A stretch of DNA of 64,000 nucleotides from Trueperaceae bacterium (lineage in GTDB: Bacteria; Deinococcota; Deinococci; Deinococcales; Trueperaceae): contig JAXHNB010000005.1 in assembly GCA_034520945.1 (NCBI GenBank), positions 256,001-320,000 on the forward strand, written 5' to 3'. Numbering within the stretch: the first letter of the stretch is position 1; each line of letters opens with the position of its first letter. This document shows, piece by piece, positions 37,240-53,533 of this stretch. Position numbers and translations under genes: made by a program. The notes beneath the pieces are model-generated. The model saw only the letters and a program-made list of their open reading frames with translations, searched no databases and had not been told where the DNA came from.

Positions 37240-38457
37240 ATGGCGAAAGCGACGTTTGAGCGTTCGAAGCCGCATGTGAATGTGGGGACGATTGGGCATG
37301 TGGATCATGGGAAGACGACGTTGACGGCTGCGATTACGTTTGCGGCTGCGGCGGCGGATCCGTCTGCTGAGACGATGTCGTATGAGCAGATCGATAAGGC
37401 GCCGGAGGAGAAGGCGCGGGGGATTACGATTAATACGGCGCATGTGGAGTATCAGACGGGGGCGCGTCATTATTCGCATGTGGATTGTCCGGGGCATGCG
37501 GATTATGTGAAGAACATGATTACGGGGGCGGCGCAGATGGATGGTGCGGTGTTGGTGGTGTCGGCGGCGGATGGGCCGATGCCGCAGACGCGTGAGCATA
37601 TTTTGTTGGCGCGTCAGGTGGGGGTGCCGTATGTGGTGGTGTTTTTGAACAAGGTGGACATGGTGGATGATGAGGAGTTGTTGGAGTTGGTGGAGATGGA
37701 GGTGCGGGAGCTTTTGTCGAGTTATGAGTTCCCGGGGGATGATGTGCCGGTGGTGTCGGGGTCGGCGTTGAAGGCGTTGGAGGCGTTGGTGGCGAATCCG
37801 AATGTGCAGCGGGGTGAGGATTCGTGGGTGGATCAGGTTTGGTCGTTGATGGATGCGTTGGATGGGTATGTGCCGACGCCTGAGCGTGATGTGGATAAGC
37901 CGTTCTTGATGCCTGTGGAGGATGTGTTCACGATTACGGGTCGTGGGACGGTGGCGACGGGTCGTGTTGAGCGGGGTGTGGTGAAGACGGGGGATGAGGT
38001 CGAGATCGTGGGGTTGTCGGCGACGCGGAAGTCTGTGGTGACGGGTGTGGAGATGCATCGGAAGACGCTTCAGTCGGGGATGGCTGGGGATAATGTGGGG
38101 GTTTTGTTGCGGGGGGTTGCGCGTGATGAGGTGGCGCGGGGTCAGGTGTTGGCGAAGCCTGGGTCGATTACGCCGCATACGAAGTTTCGGGGGTCGGTGT
38201 ATGTGTTGCGGAAGGATGAGGGGGGTCGGCATAGTGCGTTTTTTGCGGGGTATCGGCCTCAGTTTTACTTTCGTACGACGGATGTGACGGGGGTGTGTAC
38301 GTTGCCGGGGGATGTGGAGATGGTGATGCCGGGGGATAATGTGGAGTTGTCGGTGTCGTTGATTAAGCCGATTGCGATGGAGGAGGGGTTGCGGTTTGCG
38401 ATTCGTGAGGGGGGTCGTACGGTGGGTGCGGGTGTCGTGACGGGGATCGAGGAGTAA
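37240..38457 (+). CDS. tuf: Elongation factor Tu
   Basis: [37 protein letters not shown]. Located after the tRNA cluster (tufB-type locus). Confidence 0.98.
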   Translation: MAKATFERSKPHVNVGTIGHVDHGKTTLTAAITFAAAAADPSAETMSYEQIDKAPEEKARGITINTAHVEYQTGARHYSHVDCPGHADYVKNMITGAAQMDGAVLVVSAADGPMPQTREHILLARQVGVPYVVVFLNKVDMVDDEELLELVEMEVRELLSSYEFPGDDVPVVSGSALKALEALVANPNVQRGEDSWVDQVWSLMDALDGYVPTPERDVDKPFLMPVEDVFTITGRGTVATGRVERGVVKTGDEVEIVGLSATRKSVVTGVEMHRKTLQSGMAGDNVGVLLRGVARDEVARGQVLAKPGSITPHTKFRGSVYVLRKDEGGRHSAFFAGYRPQFYFRTTDVTGVCTLPGDVEMVMPGDNVELSVSLIKPIAMEEGLRFAIREGGRTVGAGVVTGIEE

Positions 38458-38460
38458 GCC

Positions 38461-38502
38461 CGCGCGGCGGCCGGCTTGCGAAAGGGCCGGCCGCCGCGCG
38501 TT
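38461..38502 (+). terminator. Hairpin after tuf
   Basis: CGCGCGGCGGCCGGC...GCCGGCCGCCGCGCG inverted repeat. Confidence 0.6.
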
Positions 38503-38661
38503 GCGCGACACCGACCGGTGCGCGCAGATGCTAGGCTCGGTAGGTTGCCCCGGCGCGGTTCGTCGCGCTGAGCCGTCCGAACCCGTGCCGAGACCCCGCG
38601 CGGGGGTCCCTGGCACGGATTCACGAACGCCCGGAACGTACGCCCCGAACGGGAGAAGATC

Positions 38662-38826
38662 ATGGCCAGTGACGTCCGAATCAAACTGCTGTTGGAGTGC
38701 ACGGAGTGCAAGCGCCGCAACTACGCTACGCACAAGAACCGGCGCAACACCACGGCGAAGCTCCAGCTCCGCAAGTTCTGTCCGTGGGACCGCAAGCACA
38801 CCCCTCATCGCGAAGTGAAGGTGTGA
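38662..38826 (+). CDS. rpmG: 50S ribosomal protein L33
   Basis: Translated by hand (below the ORF-track cutoff): [54 protein letters not shown]. Confidence 0.95.
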   Translation: MASDVRIKLLLECTECKRRNYATHKNRRNTTAKLQLRKFCPWDRKHTPHREVKV

Positions 38827-38829
38827 GGC

Positions 38830-39009
38830 GTGAAGGCGATCCTGCGCTACTTGCGGAACTCCCGCGCCGAGCTCGGCCGCGTCACCTGGCCCACGCGGAA
38901 CGAAGTGATTCAGGCCACCCAGGCGACCCTGTTGTTCGTGCTGATCACGGTGGCGTTCCTTCTGGTGGCGGACACCACGCTCGGCAACCTCATCGGCCTG
39001 ATCACCTGA
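38830..39009 (+). CDS. secE: Preprotein translocase subunit SecE
   Basis: Translated by hand: VKAILRYLRNSRAELGRVTWPTRNEV plus one TM helix. Lies between rpmG and nusG. Confidence 0.93.
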   Translation: MKAILRYLRNSRAELGRVTWPTRNEVIQATQATLLFVLITVAFLLVADTTLGNLIGLIT

Positions 39010-39048
39010 TCATCGCCGTGGGCGCCCCGGTCCCGGGAGGACGTTGAC

Positions 39049-39606
39049 GTGAGCATCGAATGGTACGCCGTCCATACCTACGTGGGCCACGAGGACAAGG
39101 TGAAGGACAACATCCAGAACCGGGCCAAGACGCTCGGGATCTCGGATCGGATCTACCAGGTGGTCGTGCCCAGCGAGGAGACGGTGGAGCATGCCGGCGG
39201 CGGCAAGCGCGAGGTGGTGAAGCGGAAGCTGTTTCCCGGCTACATCTTCGTGCAGATGGACCTCGGAGACGACCCCAACGAGCCCAACGAGGCCTGGGAG
39301 GTCGTGAGGTACACGCCGGGCGTGACCGGGTTCGTGGGCAGCTCCTCGCGGGCGGTGCCGCTCTCGCCGGAAGAGGAGCAGAGCATGTTGGGGACGTTCG
39401 GCATCACCGGCTCGAAGGCGGCCCCCAAGATCAAGGTCACCTTCTATCCCGGAGACACCGTGCAGGTCACGTCGGGACCGTTCGCGGACTTCACCGGCAT
39501 GGTGTCCGAGGTGAATCCGGAGCGGGGAACCCTCAAGGTGTTGGTGTCGATCTTCGGGCGGGAGACCCCGGTCGAACTCGATTTTGCGCAGGTCGTCAAG
39601 AGCTGA
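39049..39606 (+). CDS. nusG: Transcription elongation factor NusG
   Basis: [50 protein letters not shown]. Confidence 0.97.
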   Translation: MSIEWYAVHTYVGHEDKVKDNIQNRAKTLGISDRIYQVVVPSEETVEHAGGGKREVVKRKLFPGYIFVQMDLGDDPNEPNEAWEVVRYTPGVTGFVGSSSRAVPLSPEEEQSMLGTFGITGSKAAPKIKVTFYPGDTVQVTSGPFADFTGMVSEVNPERGTLKVLVSIFGRETPVELDFAQVVKS

Positions 39607-39673
39607 CGGCTCCGAGGTGCACGCGTCATGACCCCGGCGGCGGCCACCGATCCGGGGGAGCGAAGGAGGAAGC

Positions 39674-40106
39674 ATGGCCAAGAAGGTCGCAGGAATCGTG
39701 AAACTGCAGCTGCCCGCGGGGGGCGCCACGCCGGCGCCGCCGGTGGGGCCGGCGCTCGGCCAATACGGCGCCAACATCATGCAGTTCGTCAAGGAGTACA
39801 ACGCCGCCACCGCCGATCAGGCGGGCGCGATCGTGCCGGTCGAGATCATTATCTTCTCCGACCGCTCGTTCACGTTCAAGATGAGGACGCCACCCGCCAG
39901 CTACCTGATCAAGCAGGCGGCGGGCATCGACAAGGGCTCGGGCGTGCCGCACAAGGAGAAGGTCGGCAGCATCAGCTGGGACCAGTGCCTCGAGATCGGC
40001 CGCCGCAAGATGAGCGACCTGAACGCCACCGACGAGTCGGCGGCCGCCCACATCATCGCGGGAAGCGCCCGCTCGATGGGCGTCGACGTGGAGGGAGCCC
40101 CCGCTG

Positions 40107-40114
<8 letters not shown>
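39674..40114 (+). CDS. rplK: 50S ribosomal protein L11
   Basis: [28 protein letters not shown]. Confidence 0.97.
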
Positions 40115-40790
<676 letters not shown>

Positions 40791-40854
40791 ATGAAAGGCA
40801 TCCCGGTGCGTAGCGGGGTGACGGCGCCCGGAGGGCGCCGCCCGAACCACCTGA

Positions 40855-40915
40855 TGGCGTTCGAGACAGCAGGGGCCGGCCAGGCTTAAAGATCCTGCCG
40901 AGGCGCTCGGGAGGC
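40855..40915 (+). promoter_or_regulatory. Probable L10 leader (ribosomal protein autoregulatory RNA)
   Basis: CGAGACAGCAGG...GGCTTAAAGA.CCTGCCGAGG resembles the L10-leader core and sits in the rplA-rplJ gap. Boundaries approximate. Confidence 0.7.
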
Positions 40916-41006
40916 GATGGACGTCGCACCCGTTACGCCTCGCGGCACGTTCCGCCGCGCCCGTCGGGGCGGAACGAACGCAAGTGAGATACCGAGAAAG
41001 GTTCAC

Positions 41007-41537
41007 GTGGCCAATCCAAGAAACGAACGGACGATCGCCGCGCTCCGCGAGTTGCTCGCGGACGTGAAGACGTTCTTCCTCGTGGACTACCAGGGCTTGT
41101 CCGCAGGCGACCTTGGTCGCCTGCGCGCCGAAGTGCGCGATGCTGGCGGACGGATCCTCGTGGCGAAGAACACCCTCCTGGGCGTCGTGCTCGGCGAACA
41201 GGGCATCGAGGGGTTCGACGACACGCTCCGGGGGCCGACGGCCCTCGTGCTGATCGAGGAGGACCCGGTCGCCCCCGCCAAGGCGCTGATGGACTTCGCC
41301 AAGGGGCACCCCAAGAAGCTACCGACCGCCAAGGGCGGCATGCTGCAAGGGGGCCGGGTCGGCCCGGAGGCGCTGGCGCGCATCGCCACGCTGCCCAGCC
41401 GCGATCAGCTGCTCAGCGAGCTGGTCGGCGTCCTGGAGGCCCCGATGCGGCAGCTCGTGGGCGTCCTGCAGGGGCCTGAGCGAGACCTGGTGTCCGTGAT
41501 GACCAACCATTCCGACAACTTGAAGGAGGAGAACTGA
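41007..41537 (+). CDS. rplJ: 50S ribosomal protein L10
   Basis: DYQGL, VAKNTL, GPTA, ATLPSR. GTG start after GAAAGG. Confidence 0.95.
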   Translation: MANPRNERTIAALRELLADVKTFFLVDYQGLSAGDLGRLRAEVRDAGGRILVAKNTLLGVVLGEQGIEGFDDTLRGPTALVLIEEDPVAPAKALMDFAKGHPKKLPTAKGGMLQGGRVGPEALARIATLPSRDQLLSELVGVLEAPMRQLVGVLQGPERDLVSVMTNHSDNLKEEN

Positions 41538-41538
41538 G

Positions 41539-41925
41539 ATGGCATTCGACAAAGACGCAATGGTGGAACAACTCAGCGGGTTGACGGTCCTGGAACTCGT
41601 CGATCTGGTCGAGGCGCTCAAGGAGAAGTGGGGCGTCGAGGCGTCGGCCGCGATGCCCGCGGGCATGATGATGCCGCAGGGGGGCGCGCCCGCCGCGGAA
41701 GAGGCGGCCGAGGAGCAGACCGAGTTCACCGTCACCATCACCAGCGCGGGCGACAAGAAGCTCCAGGTGATCAAGGAGGTCCGCGGCATCACGCAGCTGG
41801 GTCTCAAGGAGGCCAAGGAGCTGGTCGAGTCGGGTGGCACGGTCAAGGAAGACGTGAGCAAGGACGAAGCCGACGAGATCAAGGAGAAGCTCGAAGCCGC
41901 GGGGGCGTCCGTCGAGGTCAAGTAA
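41539..41925 (+). CDS. rplL: 50S ribosomal protein L7/L12
   Basis: [41 protein letters not shown]. Confidence 0.97.
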   Translation: MAFDKDAMVEQLSGLTVLELVDLVEALKEKWGVEASAAMPAGMMMPQGGAPAAEEAAEEQTEFTVTITSAGDKKLQVIKEVRGITQLGLKEAKELVESGGTVKEDVSKDEADEIKEKLEAAGASVEVK

Positions 41926-42318
41926 GGCGCCCCACCCGCACCGGATGCAACGCGGGACGGCCCGGCCGGCCGAGTTCGGCCGGGCCCCGCGCCCAAGATG
42001 CGGGGCGTTCTTGCACGTGGACGACATCGCCGCGTCCTATTTGGTCGTACGCTTGGTATTTGAACTGTTCGCCCGCCTGCTCCCCGTGGAGGTGGACTTG
42101 CGCAGCGCGTCAGAGATCACGGTCTCGTGCACGGACCGAACGGGACCGGCGGTGGAGAGGGGCACGCCTCCCGCCAACCTCTCAGGAACGTCTTCAGGCA
42201 GCGACCGGGCACGCCCGACGGCACATGGCGGGCGGGTATCTCCGTGCGCGCCCGCACCGCGTGACCGGGAAGAGGGGCATCCTACGGCGGTCCCAACGTA
42301 CGCAGCGAAGGGGTGACA

Positions 42319-45300
42319 ATGCGCAAGATCGAATCGTTCGGCAGCATTCGTGAGGTCACGGAGCTACCGAACCTCACCAACATCCAGATCACGTCCTACG
42401 AGCATTTCCTGCAACGCGAGCTGGCACCGAATCAACGCGACATGCACGGCCTGCAGGCGGCATTCCGCGAGGTCTTCCCGATCGACGAGACCGAGCGCGG
42501 CCGCCAGACCGGCCTGGTCATCGACTTCCTCGAGTATACCTTGACCGAACCGGAATTCGGCCCGGACGAATGTCGCGAGAAGGACCTCAGCTACCAGGCG
42601 GGCCTGTTCGCCAAGCTCCAGTTGGTGCACAAGGACACCGGCCTGATCAAGGAGGACCAGGTCTTCCTGGGCGACCTTCCCTTGATGACGGAGGATGGCT
42701 CGTTCGTGATCAACGGCGCGGACCGCGTGATCGTGTCGCAGATCCACCGCTCGCCCGGGGTGTACTTCACCAGCACCCTGCGGGGCAGCGGCGCGAAGAG
42801 CCTGACGGCCAGCATCATCCCGATGCCGAAGCGCGGCCCGTGGATCGAGCTCGAGTTCGACAACGCCGGCGTGCTGTGGATGAAGGTGAACAAGCGCAAG
42901 TTCCCGTTCTCGCTGCTGTTGCGCGTCCTCGGCTACGACGACGGGAGCATTCGGGAGCTGTTCGAGGGGAACGCCGCGCTGGTCGACCCGACGTTGGAGG
43001 CGGAGGAGTCGGCCGGCATCACGCCGGAAGAGGCGCTGTTGCGCCTGTTCACCGTGCTTCGGCCCGGCGACCCGCCGAAGGTGGACAAGGCGACCAGCTA
43101 CCTGCACAGCCTGCTGGCCGACCCGCGCCGCTACGATCTCGGCGACGCGGGCCGCTACAAGGTCAACCAGAAGCTGGGTTTGGACTTCGAGGAGAAGACG
43201 CTCCTCGGCTACGAGGACGGCCGCTTCGTCGACTACGGCCTGGTGCCGACCCTGCAGTACCTGATTCGCCTTCAGGCGAATGATGAAGAGGTGGGCGAGG
43301 ACGACATCGACCACCTCGGCAATCGCCGCATCCGCACGGTGGGCGAACTGGTGGCCGATCAGATCCGGGTGGGCCTGGGCCGCATGGCGCGCGGCGTGCG
43401 CGAGCGGATGCTGCTCGGCAACGCGGACGCGGCCACCCCCCAGAAGCTGATCAACAACCGGCCGATCGTCGCGGCGTTGCGGGAGTTCTTCGGCCGAAGT
43501 CAGTTGTCGCAGTTCAAGGACCAGATCAATCCGCTCTCCGAGCTGCGGCACAAGCGGCGCATCTCGGCGCTCGGCCCGGGCGGCCTCACCCGTGAGCGCG
43601 CCGGCTTCGATGTTCGCGACGTGCACCGCACCCACTACGGCCGCATCTGCCCCATCGAGACGCCCGAGGGCGCCAACATCGGGCTGATCACCTCGCTCGC
43701 CAGCTACTCGCGCGTCAACGGGCTCGGCTTCATCGAAGCCCCCTACCGCCGGGTGAAGAACCACAAGGTCAGCGACGAGGTCGTGTACATGACGGCCCAC
43801 GAGGAGGACAAGTACGTCATCGCCCAGGCGAACACGGTCCTCGAGGAGGACGGCTCGTTCCAGAACGAACGGATCGTGGCCAGGGACCGGGGCGAGCCGG
43901 TGTTCGCCTCCTGGGACACCGTCGACTTCATGGACGTGTCGCCGAAGCAGATCATCTCGGTGCCGACCTCGCTGATCCCGTTCCTCGAGCACGACGACGC
44001 CAACCGGGCCTTGATGGGCTCCAACATGCAGTCGCAAGCGGTGCCCCTCGTCAAGGCCGACGCGCCGTACGTCGGGACCGGCGTCGAGGAACGCATCAGT
44101 CTCGACTCCGGCACCTGCCTGGTGGCGATGGAGGCCGGCACGATCAGCTACGTCGACGCCAACATGATCCGCGTCACCAGCGCCAAGGGCGTCGAGCGGG
44201 AGTACGTGCTGACGCGCTTCCAACGCTCGAACCAGAACACCAACCTGGACCAGCACCCCGTCGTGAACCTCGGCGACGAGGTGGCCGAGGGCCAGGTCAT
44301 TGCCGATGGGCCCGCCTCCCAGAACGGCCGATTGGCGCTGGGACAGAACATCCTGATCGCGGTGATGCCGTTCGACGGGTACAACTTCGAGGACGCCATC
44401 GTGCTGTCCGAAGAGCTGGTCCGCAGCGACGCCTACACCTCCGTGCACGTCGAGAAGTTCGAGAAAGAGGCGCGCGAGACCAAGCTGGGCCCCGAGAAGA
44501 TCACCCGAGACATCCCGGGCCTGTCCGAAGCAGCGCTGCGCGACCTGGACGAAGACGGTGTCGTCCGCATCGGCGCCGACGTGAAGCACAACTCGATCCT
44601 GGTGGGGCACACCAGCTTCAAGGGCGAGAAGGATCCCACCCCCGAGGAGCGTCTGCTGCGCTCGATCTTCGGCGAGAAGGCGCGCGAGGTCAAGGACACC
44701 TCGCTGCGCGTCCCGCCCGGCGACAGCGGCGTGGTGCTCCGCACCGTGCGGTTCCGCCGCGGGGACGAAGGGGTCGAGCTCAAACCCGGCGTGCAGGAGA
44801 TGGTGCGCGTCTACCTCGCCCAGAAGCGCCGCCTGATCGAGGGCGACAAGCTGGCGAACCGGCACGGCAACAAGGGCGTCGTCGCCAAGATTCTTCCCCC
44901 CGAGGACATGCCCTACCTCGAGGACGGCACGCCGGTCGACCTGGTGTTCAACCCCCTCGGCGTGCCCAGCCGCATGAACCTCGGGCAGGTGCTCGAGACG
45001 CACCTCGGCTTCGCCGCCTACAAGCACGGCGTCAGCTACGTGACCCCGGTGTTCGACGGCGCGGGCGAGGACCGCATCAAGGACCTGCTGGAAGAGGCGG
45101 TGCGCGGCGACATCGAGGAACGGAACAAGGCCGGCTACCAGCCCGATCGGCGCGAGTTGGAGGTGATCCGACGCGCGGCCAAGCTGGGGGTGCTGGAACA
45201 CGGTCAGGATCCCGAGGATGCCCAGATCGCGCTGGCCCGCTCCGGGAAGTCCGTCCTGTACGACGGCCGCACCGGCGAGGCGATCGACGCGCCCATCGTG

Positions 45301-45696
45301 GTGGGCATCATGTACGTGCTGAAGCTCTACCACATGGTGGAGGACAAGATGCACGCCCGCTCCACGGGCCCCTACAGCCTGATCACGCAGCAGCCGTTGG
45401 GCGGCAAGGCCCAGTTCGGCGGGCAGCGCCTCGGAGAGATGGAGTGCTGGGCGTTGCAGGCCCACGGCGCCGCCCATACGTTGCAGGAGATGCTGACCAT
45501 CAAGTCGGACGATCTGGACGGCCGAAACGCCGCCTACGAGGCGATCGTGAAGGGCAGTGACGTGTTGGAGGCGACCATCCCCGAATCGTTCAAGGTGCTC
45601 GTCAAGGAACTGCACTCGTTGGGCCTGGACGTCAAGGTGCTCGACGCGGACGACACGGCGCTCAGCATCTTCGACGAAGCCGGGCGGCACTGGTGA
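42319..45696 (+). CDS. rpoB: RNA polymerase beta subunit
   Basis: [56 protein letters not shown]. Alternative GTG start at 42313. Confidence 0.98.
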   Translation: MRKIESFGSIREVTELPNLTNIQITSYEHFLQRELAPNQRDMHGLQAAFREVFPIDETERGRQTGLVIDFLEYTLTEPEFGPDECREKDLSYQAGLFAKLQLVHKDTGLIKEDQVFLGDLPLMTEDGSFVINGADRVIVSQIHRSPGVYFTSTLRGSGAKSLTASIIPMPKRGPWIELEFDNAGVLWMKVNKRKFPFSLLLRVLGYDDGSIRELFEGNAALVDPTLEAEESAGITPEEALLRLFTVLRPGDPPKVDKATSYLHSLLADPRRYDLGDAGRYKVNQKLGLDFEEKTLLGYEDGRFVDYGLVPTLQYLIRLQANDEEVGEDDIDHLGNRRIRTVGELVADQIRVGLGRMARGVRERMLLGNADAATPQKLINNRPIVAALREFFGRSQLSQFKDQINPLSELRHKRRISALGPGGLTRERAGFDVRDVHRTHYGRICPIETPEGANIGLITSLASYSRVNGLGFIEAPYRRVKNHKVSDEVVYMTAHEEDKYVIAQANTVLEEDGSFQNERIVARDRGEPVFASWDTVDFMDVSPKQIISVPTSLIPFLEHDDANRALMGSNMQSQAVPLVKADAPYVGTGVEERISLDSGTCLVAMEAGTISYVDANMIRVTSAKGVEREYVLTRFQRSNQNTNLDQHPVVNLGDEVAEGQVIADGPASQNGRLALGQNILIAVMPFDGYNFEDAIVLSEELVRSDAYTSVHVEKFEKEARETKLGPEKITRDIPGLSEAALRDLDEDGVVRIGADVKHNSILVGHTSFKGEKDPTPEERLLRSIFGEKAREVKDTSLRVPPGDSGVVLRTVRFRRGDEGVELKPGVQEMVRVYLAQKRRLIEGDKLANRHGNKGVVAKILPPEDMPYLEDGTPVDLVFNPLGVPSRMNLGQVLETHLGFAAYKHGVSYVTPVFDGAGEDRIKDLLEEAVRGDIEERNKAGYQPDRRELEVIRRAAKLGVLEHGQDPEDAQIALARSGKSVLYDGRTGEAIDAPIVVGIMYVLKLYHMVEDKMHARSTGPYSLITQQPLGGKAQFGGQRLGEMECWALQAHGAAHTLQEMLTIKSDDLDGRNAAYEAIVKGSDVLEATIPESFKVLVKELHSLGLDVKVLDADDTALSIFDEAGRHW

Positions 45697-45728
45697 ACGC
45701 GCGTTCGAACACGTTCGAAGGGACACGC

Positions 45729-50312
<4,584 letters not shown>

Positions 50313-50344
50313 TGGAGGCGGCGGCGCCGGCCCGCGCGGGTCGG

Positions 50345-50370
50345 CGCCTACGTAGAACGCCTACGTAGAA
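50345..50370. repeat. 13-bp tandem duplication CGCCTACGTAGAA x2
   Basis: Read directly. Each unit contains the palindrome CTACGTAG. Confidence 0.85.
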
Positions 50371-50431
50371 CGTCGATGTCGAACGCGGCCCGCCCGGATT
50401 CCGGGCGGGCCGCCGGCGTGTAGGCTGCGGC

Positions 50432-50893
50432 GTGGCCGATTCGCGTCCCCCTCCGGCCGACGAGGCGCGCCACGAGGGCGCGGCCGCGCGTGAGCGTCTC
50501 GTGGCGGCGTTCGATCCGGGCCGCAACGTGGGGTTCGCGCTGGTGGACGTGCGCGGCCAGGCCCTCCGGCTGGCGGTCCTGCGACGCGAGGAGGTGGCCA
50601 CCGTGGCCCTGCCCAGCGAGGCCGTCGTGGTCGTCGGCGCAGGGACCGGTCGCCGCGACGTTCTGGCGGCGTTGCGCCAGCGCGGCCTGGAGCCCCGGCT
50701 GGTGGACGAGCGCGGCACCAGCCTCGAGGGGTTGAGGTTGTGGCGCCGGCACGCGGCGGCGCGCGGTCTGACGCGGCTGCTGCCCGCGGCGCTGCGCACG
50801 CCGGCGCGTCCGATCGACGACCATGCCGCCTGGGCGATCGCGCTCCGCTACCTGGCCCAACGGCGAGCCGACCCGGAACAGGGGGCAGGGTGA
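50432..50893 (+). CDS. YqgF/RuvX-like RNase H-fold protein
   Basis: VAAFDPGRNVGFALV, VVVGAGTG, VDERGTS, IDDHAAWAIA. Confidence 0.7.
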   Translation: MADSRPPPADEARHEGAAARERLVAAFDPGRNVGFALVDVRGQALRLAVLRREEVATVALPSEAVVVVGAGTGRRDVLAALRQRGLEPRLVDERGTSLEGLRLWRRHAAARGLTRLLPAALRTPARPIDDHAAWAIALRYLAQRRADPEQGAG

Positions 50894-50920
50894 GGCGACC
50901 CGCGCGCCGGCACGAACGAA

Positions 50921-50948
50921 CGCCCCCCGGACCGTGTCCGGGGGGCGT
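50921..50948. terminator. Hairpin between the convergent YqgF-like and carD genes
   Basis: CGCCCCCCGGAC-CGT-GTCCGGGGGGCG, followed by TTCGTTC on the minus strand. Confidence 0.65.
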
Positions 50949-50971
50949 GTGCCGCGGTGCGCATCGGCACC

Positions 50972-51478
50972 TCAGTTCAGGACTTCGTCTTCGCTGACTT
51001 CCATCATGGCGCGCGCTTCGTCGGTGCTCACGTCGAGGACGGCGCTGATCTCGCCGGCCAAGAGACGCAACGCCCGCCGGTAGGCCTGCCGGTCCAGGTC
51101 GGGAAGGCCCCGCTCCAGATCCCAGCGGCGCAGTTCGCTGGCGAGGGTGGCGATCTGGTAGGGATCGCCGCTGGTGAGGATGTCGGTGACGCGGCGGTGG
51201 CGTGCCGCCCACTGCTTCGGCAGGTTGATCCGCCCGTTGGAGAGGCGTTCGAGGACGCTGTGAACCTCGTCCTCGGTCAGCGCCGCCCGCAGCCCCGCCT
51301 CTTGCGGTGCATGGACGGGCACGTATGCGCGTGAGGTACCGTTCGGAAACTCTACCTGGTAGTACTGCAAATCAGTACCCGCCACGGTCTTGGTGGTGGT
51401 TCCGGAGACGATCCCCACGCCGTAGGGTGGGAGGACGACCTGATCACCGTTCTCGAAGTCCTTGCTACGGGTGTCCAT
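50972..51478 (-). CDS. carD: CarD/CdnL family RNA polymerase-binding transcription factor
   Basis: GDQVVLPPYGVG, AYVPV...GLR, LPKQWAARHR (conserved Trp), LAGEIS. Confidence 0.92.
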   Translation of the reverse strand: MDTRSKDFENGDQVVLPPYGVGIVSGTTTKTVAGTDLQYYQVEFPNGTSRAYVPVHAPQEAGLRAALTEDEVHSVLERLSNGRINLPKQWAARHRRVTDILTSGDPYQIATLASELRRWDLERGLPDLDRQAYRRALRLLAGEISAVLDVSTDEARAMMEVSEDEVLN

Positions 51479-51646
51479 CAATGCGGCTGCTCCTTTTCCA
51501 CCCCGTGCGACGGCGACGGTCCATGCCGCACGTCACCGCCTGGGCGGTGCCGGGAATTCCTGACTTCACTGTGCGAGGGGGGTCGCGTGCCGGTGGGCCT
51601 CTCGGGGGAATCCGCGACCGCAATCACGGTGGTCATTGTAGCAGAT

Positions 51647-53111
<1,465 letters not shown>

Positions 53112-53145
53112 GCTGGCGCCGACCAGAGACCGGGCACGCCGCGGC

Positions 53146-53505
53146 TCATGCCCGCAGCATGCGCCAGGCCAGCACGCCCCATCCCGCGATCATCATGGCG
53201 CCGCCCACGGGCGCGACGGCCCCGAACGCCCCGGCGTCGGTGAGGATCAGCAGGTAGAGGGCCCCGCCGAACGTCAGGCTGCCGGCCAGCAACAGGGGCG
53301 CCGCCGCGCGGGCGGGCGGCGGCAGGACGGACACCAGCAGCAGGGCGAGGCCATGGAGCTGCAGGTAGCGCGTCGCCGTGTCGAACGTTTCCAGCCGGTC
53401 CGGGGGCAGGGCGGGCGCCAGGAGGTGCGCGCCGACCGCGCCCAGCGCGACCGCCAGGCCGGCGAGCAGCGCGCCGGTCGCCGCCCAACCCTGCGCGGCG
53501 GTCAC
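53146..53505 (-). CDS. DUF423 family membrane protein
   Basis: LAVALGAVGAH, FDTATRYLQLHGLALL, GAVAPVGG....AGW. Start uncertain. Confidence 0.82.
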   Translation of the reverse strand: MTAAQGWAATGALLAGLAVALGAVGAHLLAPALPPDRLETFDTATRYLQLHGLALLLVSVLPPPARAAAPLLLAGSLTFGGALYLLILTDAGAFGAVAPVGGAMMIAGWGVLAWRMLRA

Positions 53506-53533
53506 GGTGCGGGCGGGGCGAGGCGGGCGCGGT

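Noticed and set aside
41945..42316. 123-aa ORF between rplL and rpoB
   Set aside because: No RBS, atypical codon usage and no recognisable motif. Treated as non-coding leader.
43480..43590. RpoB rifampicin-resistance-determining region
   Set aside because: Residues equivalent to Q513, D516, H526 and S531 appear wild-type.
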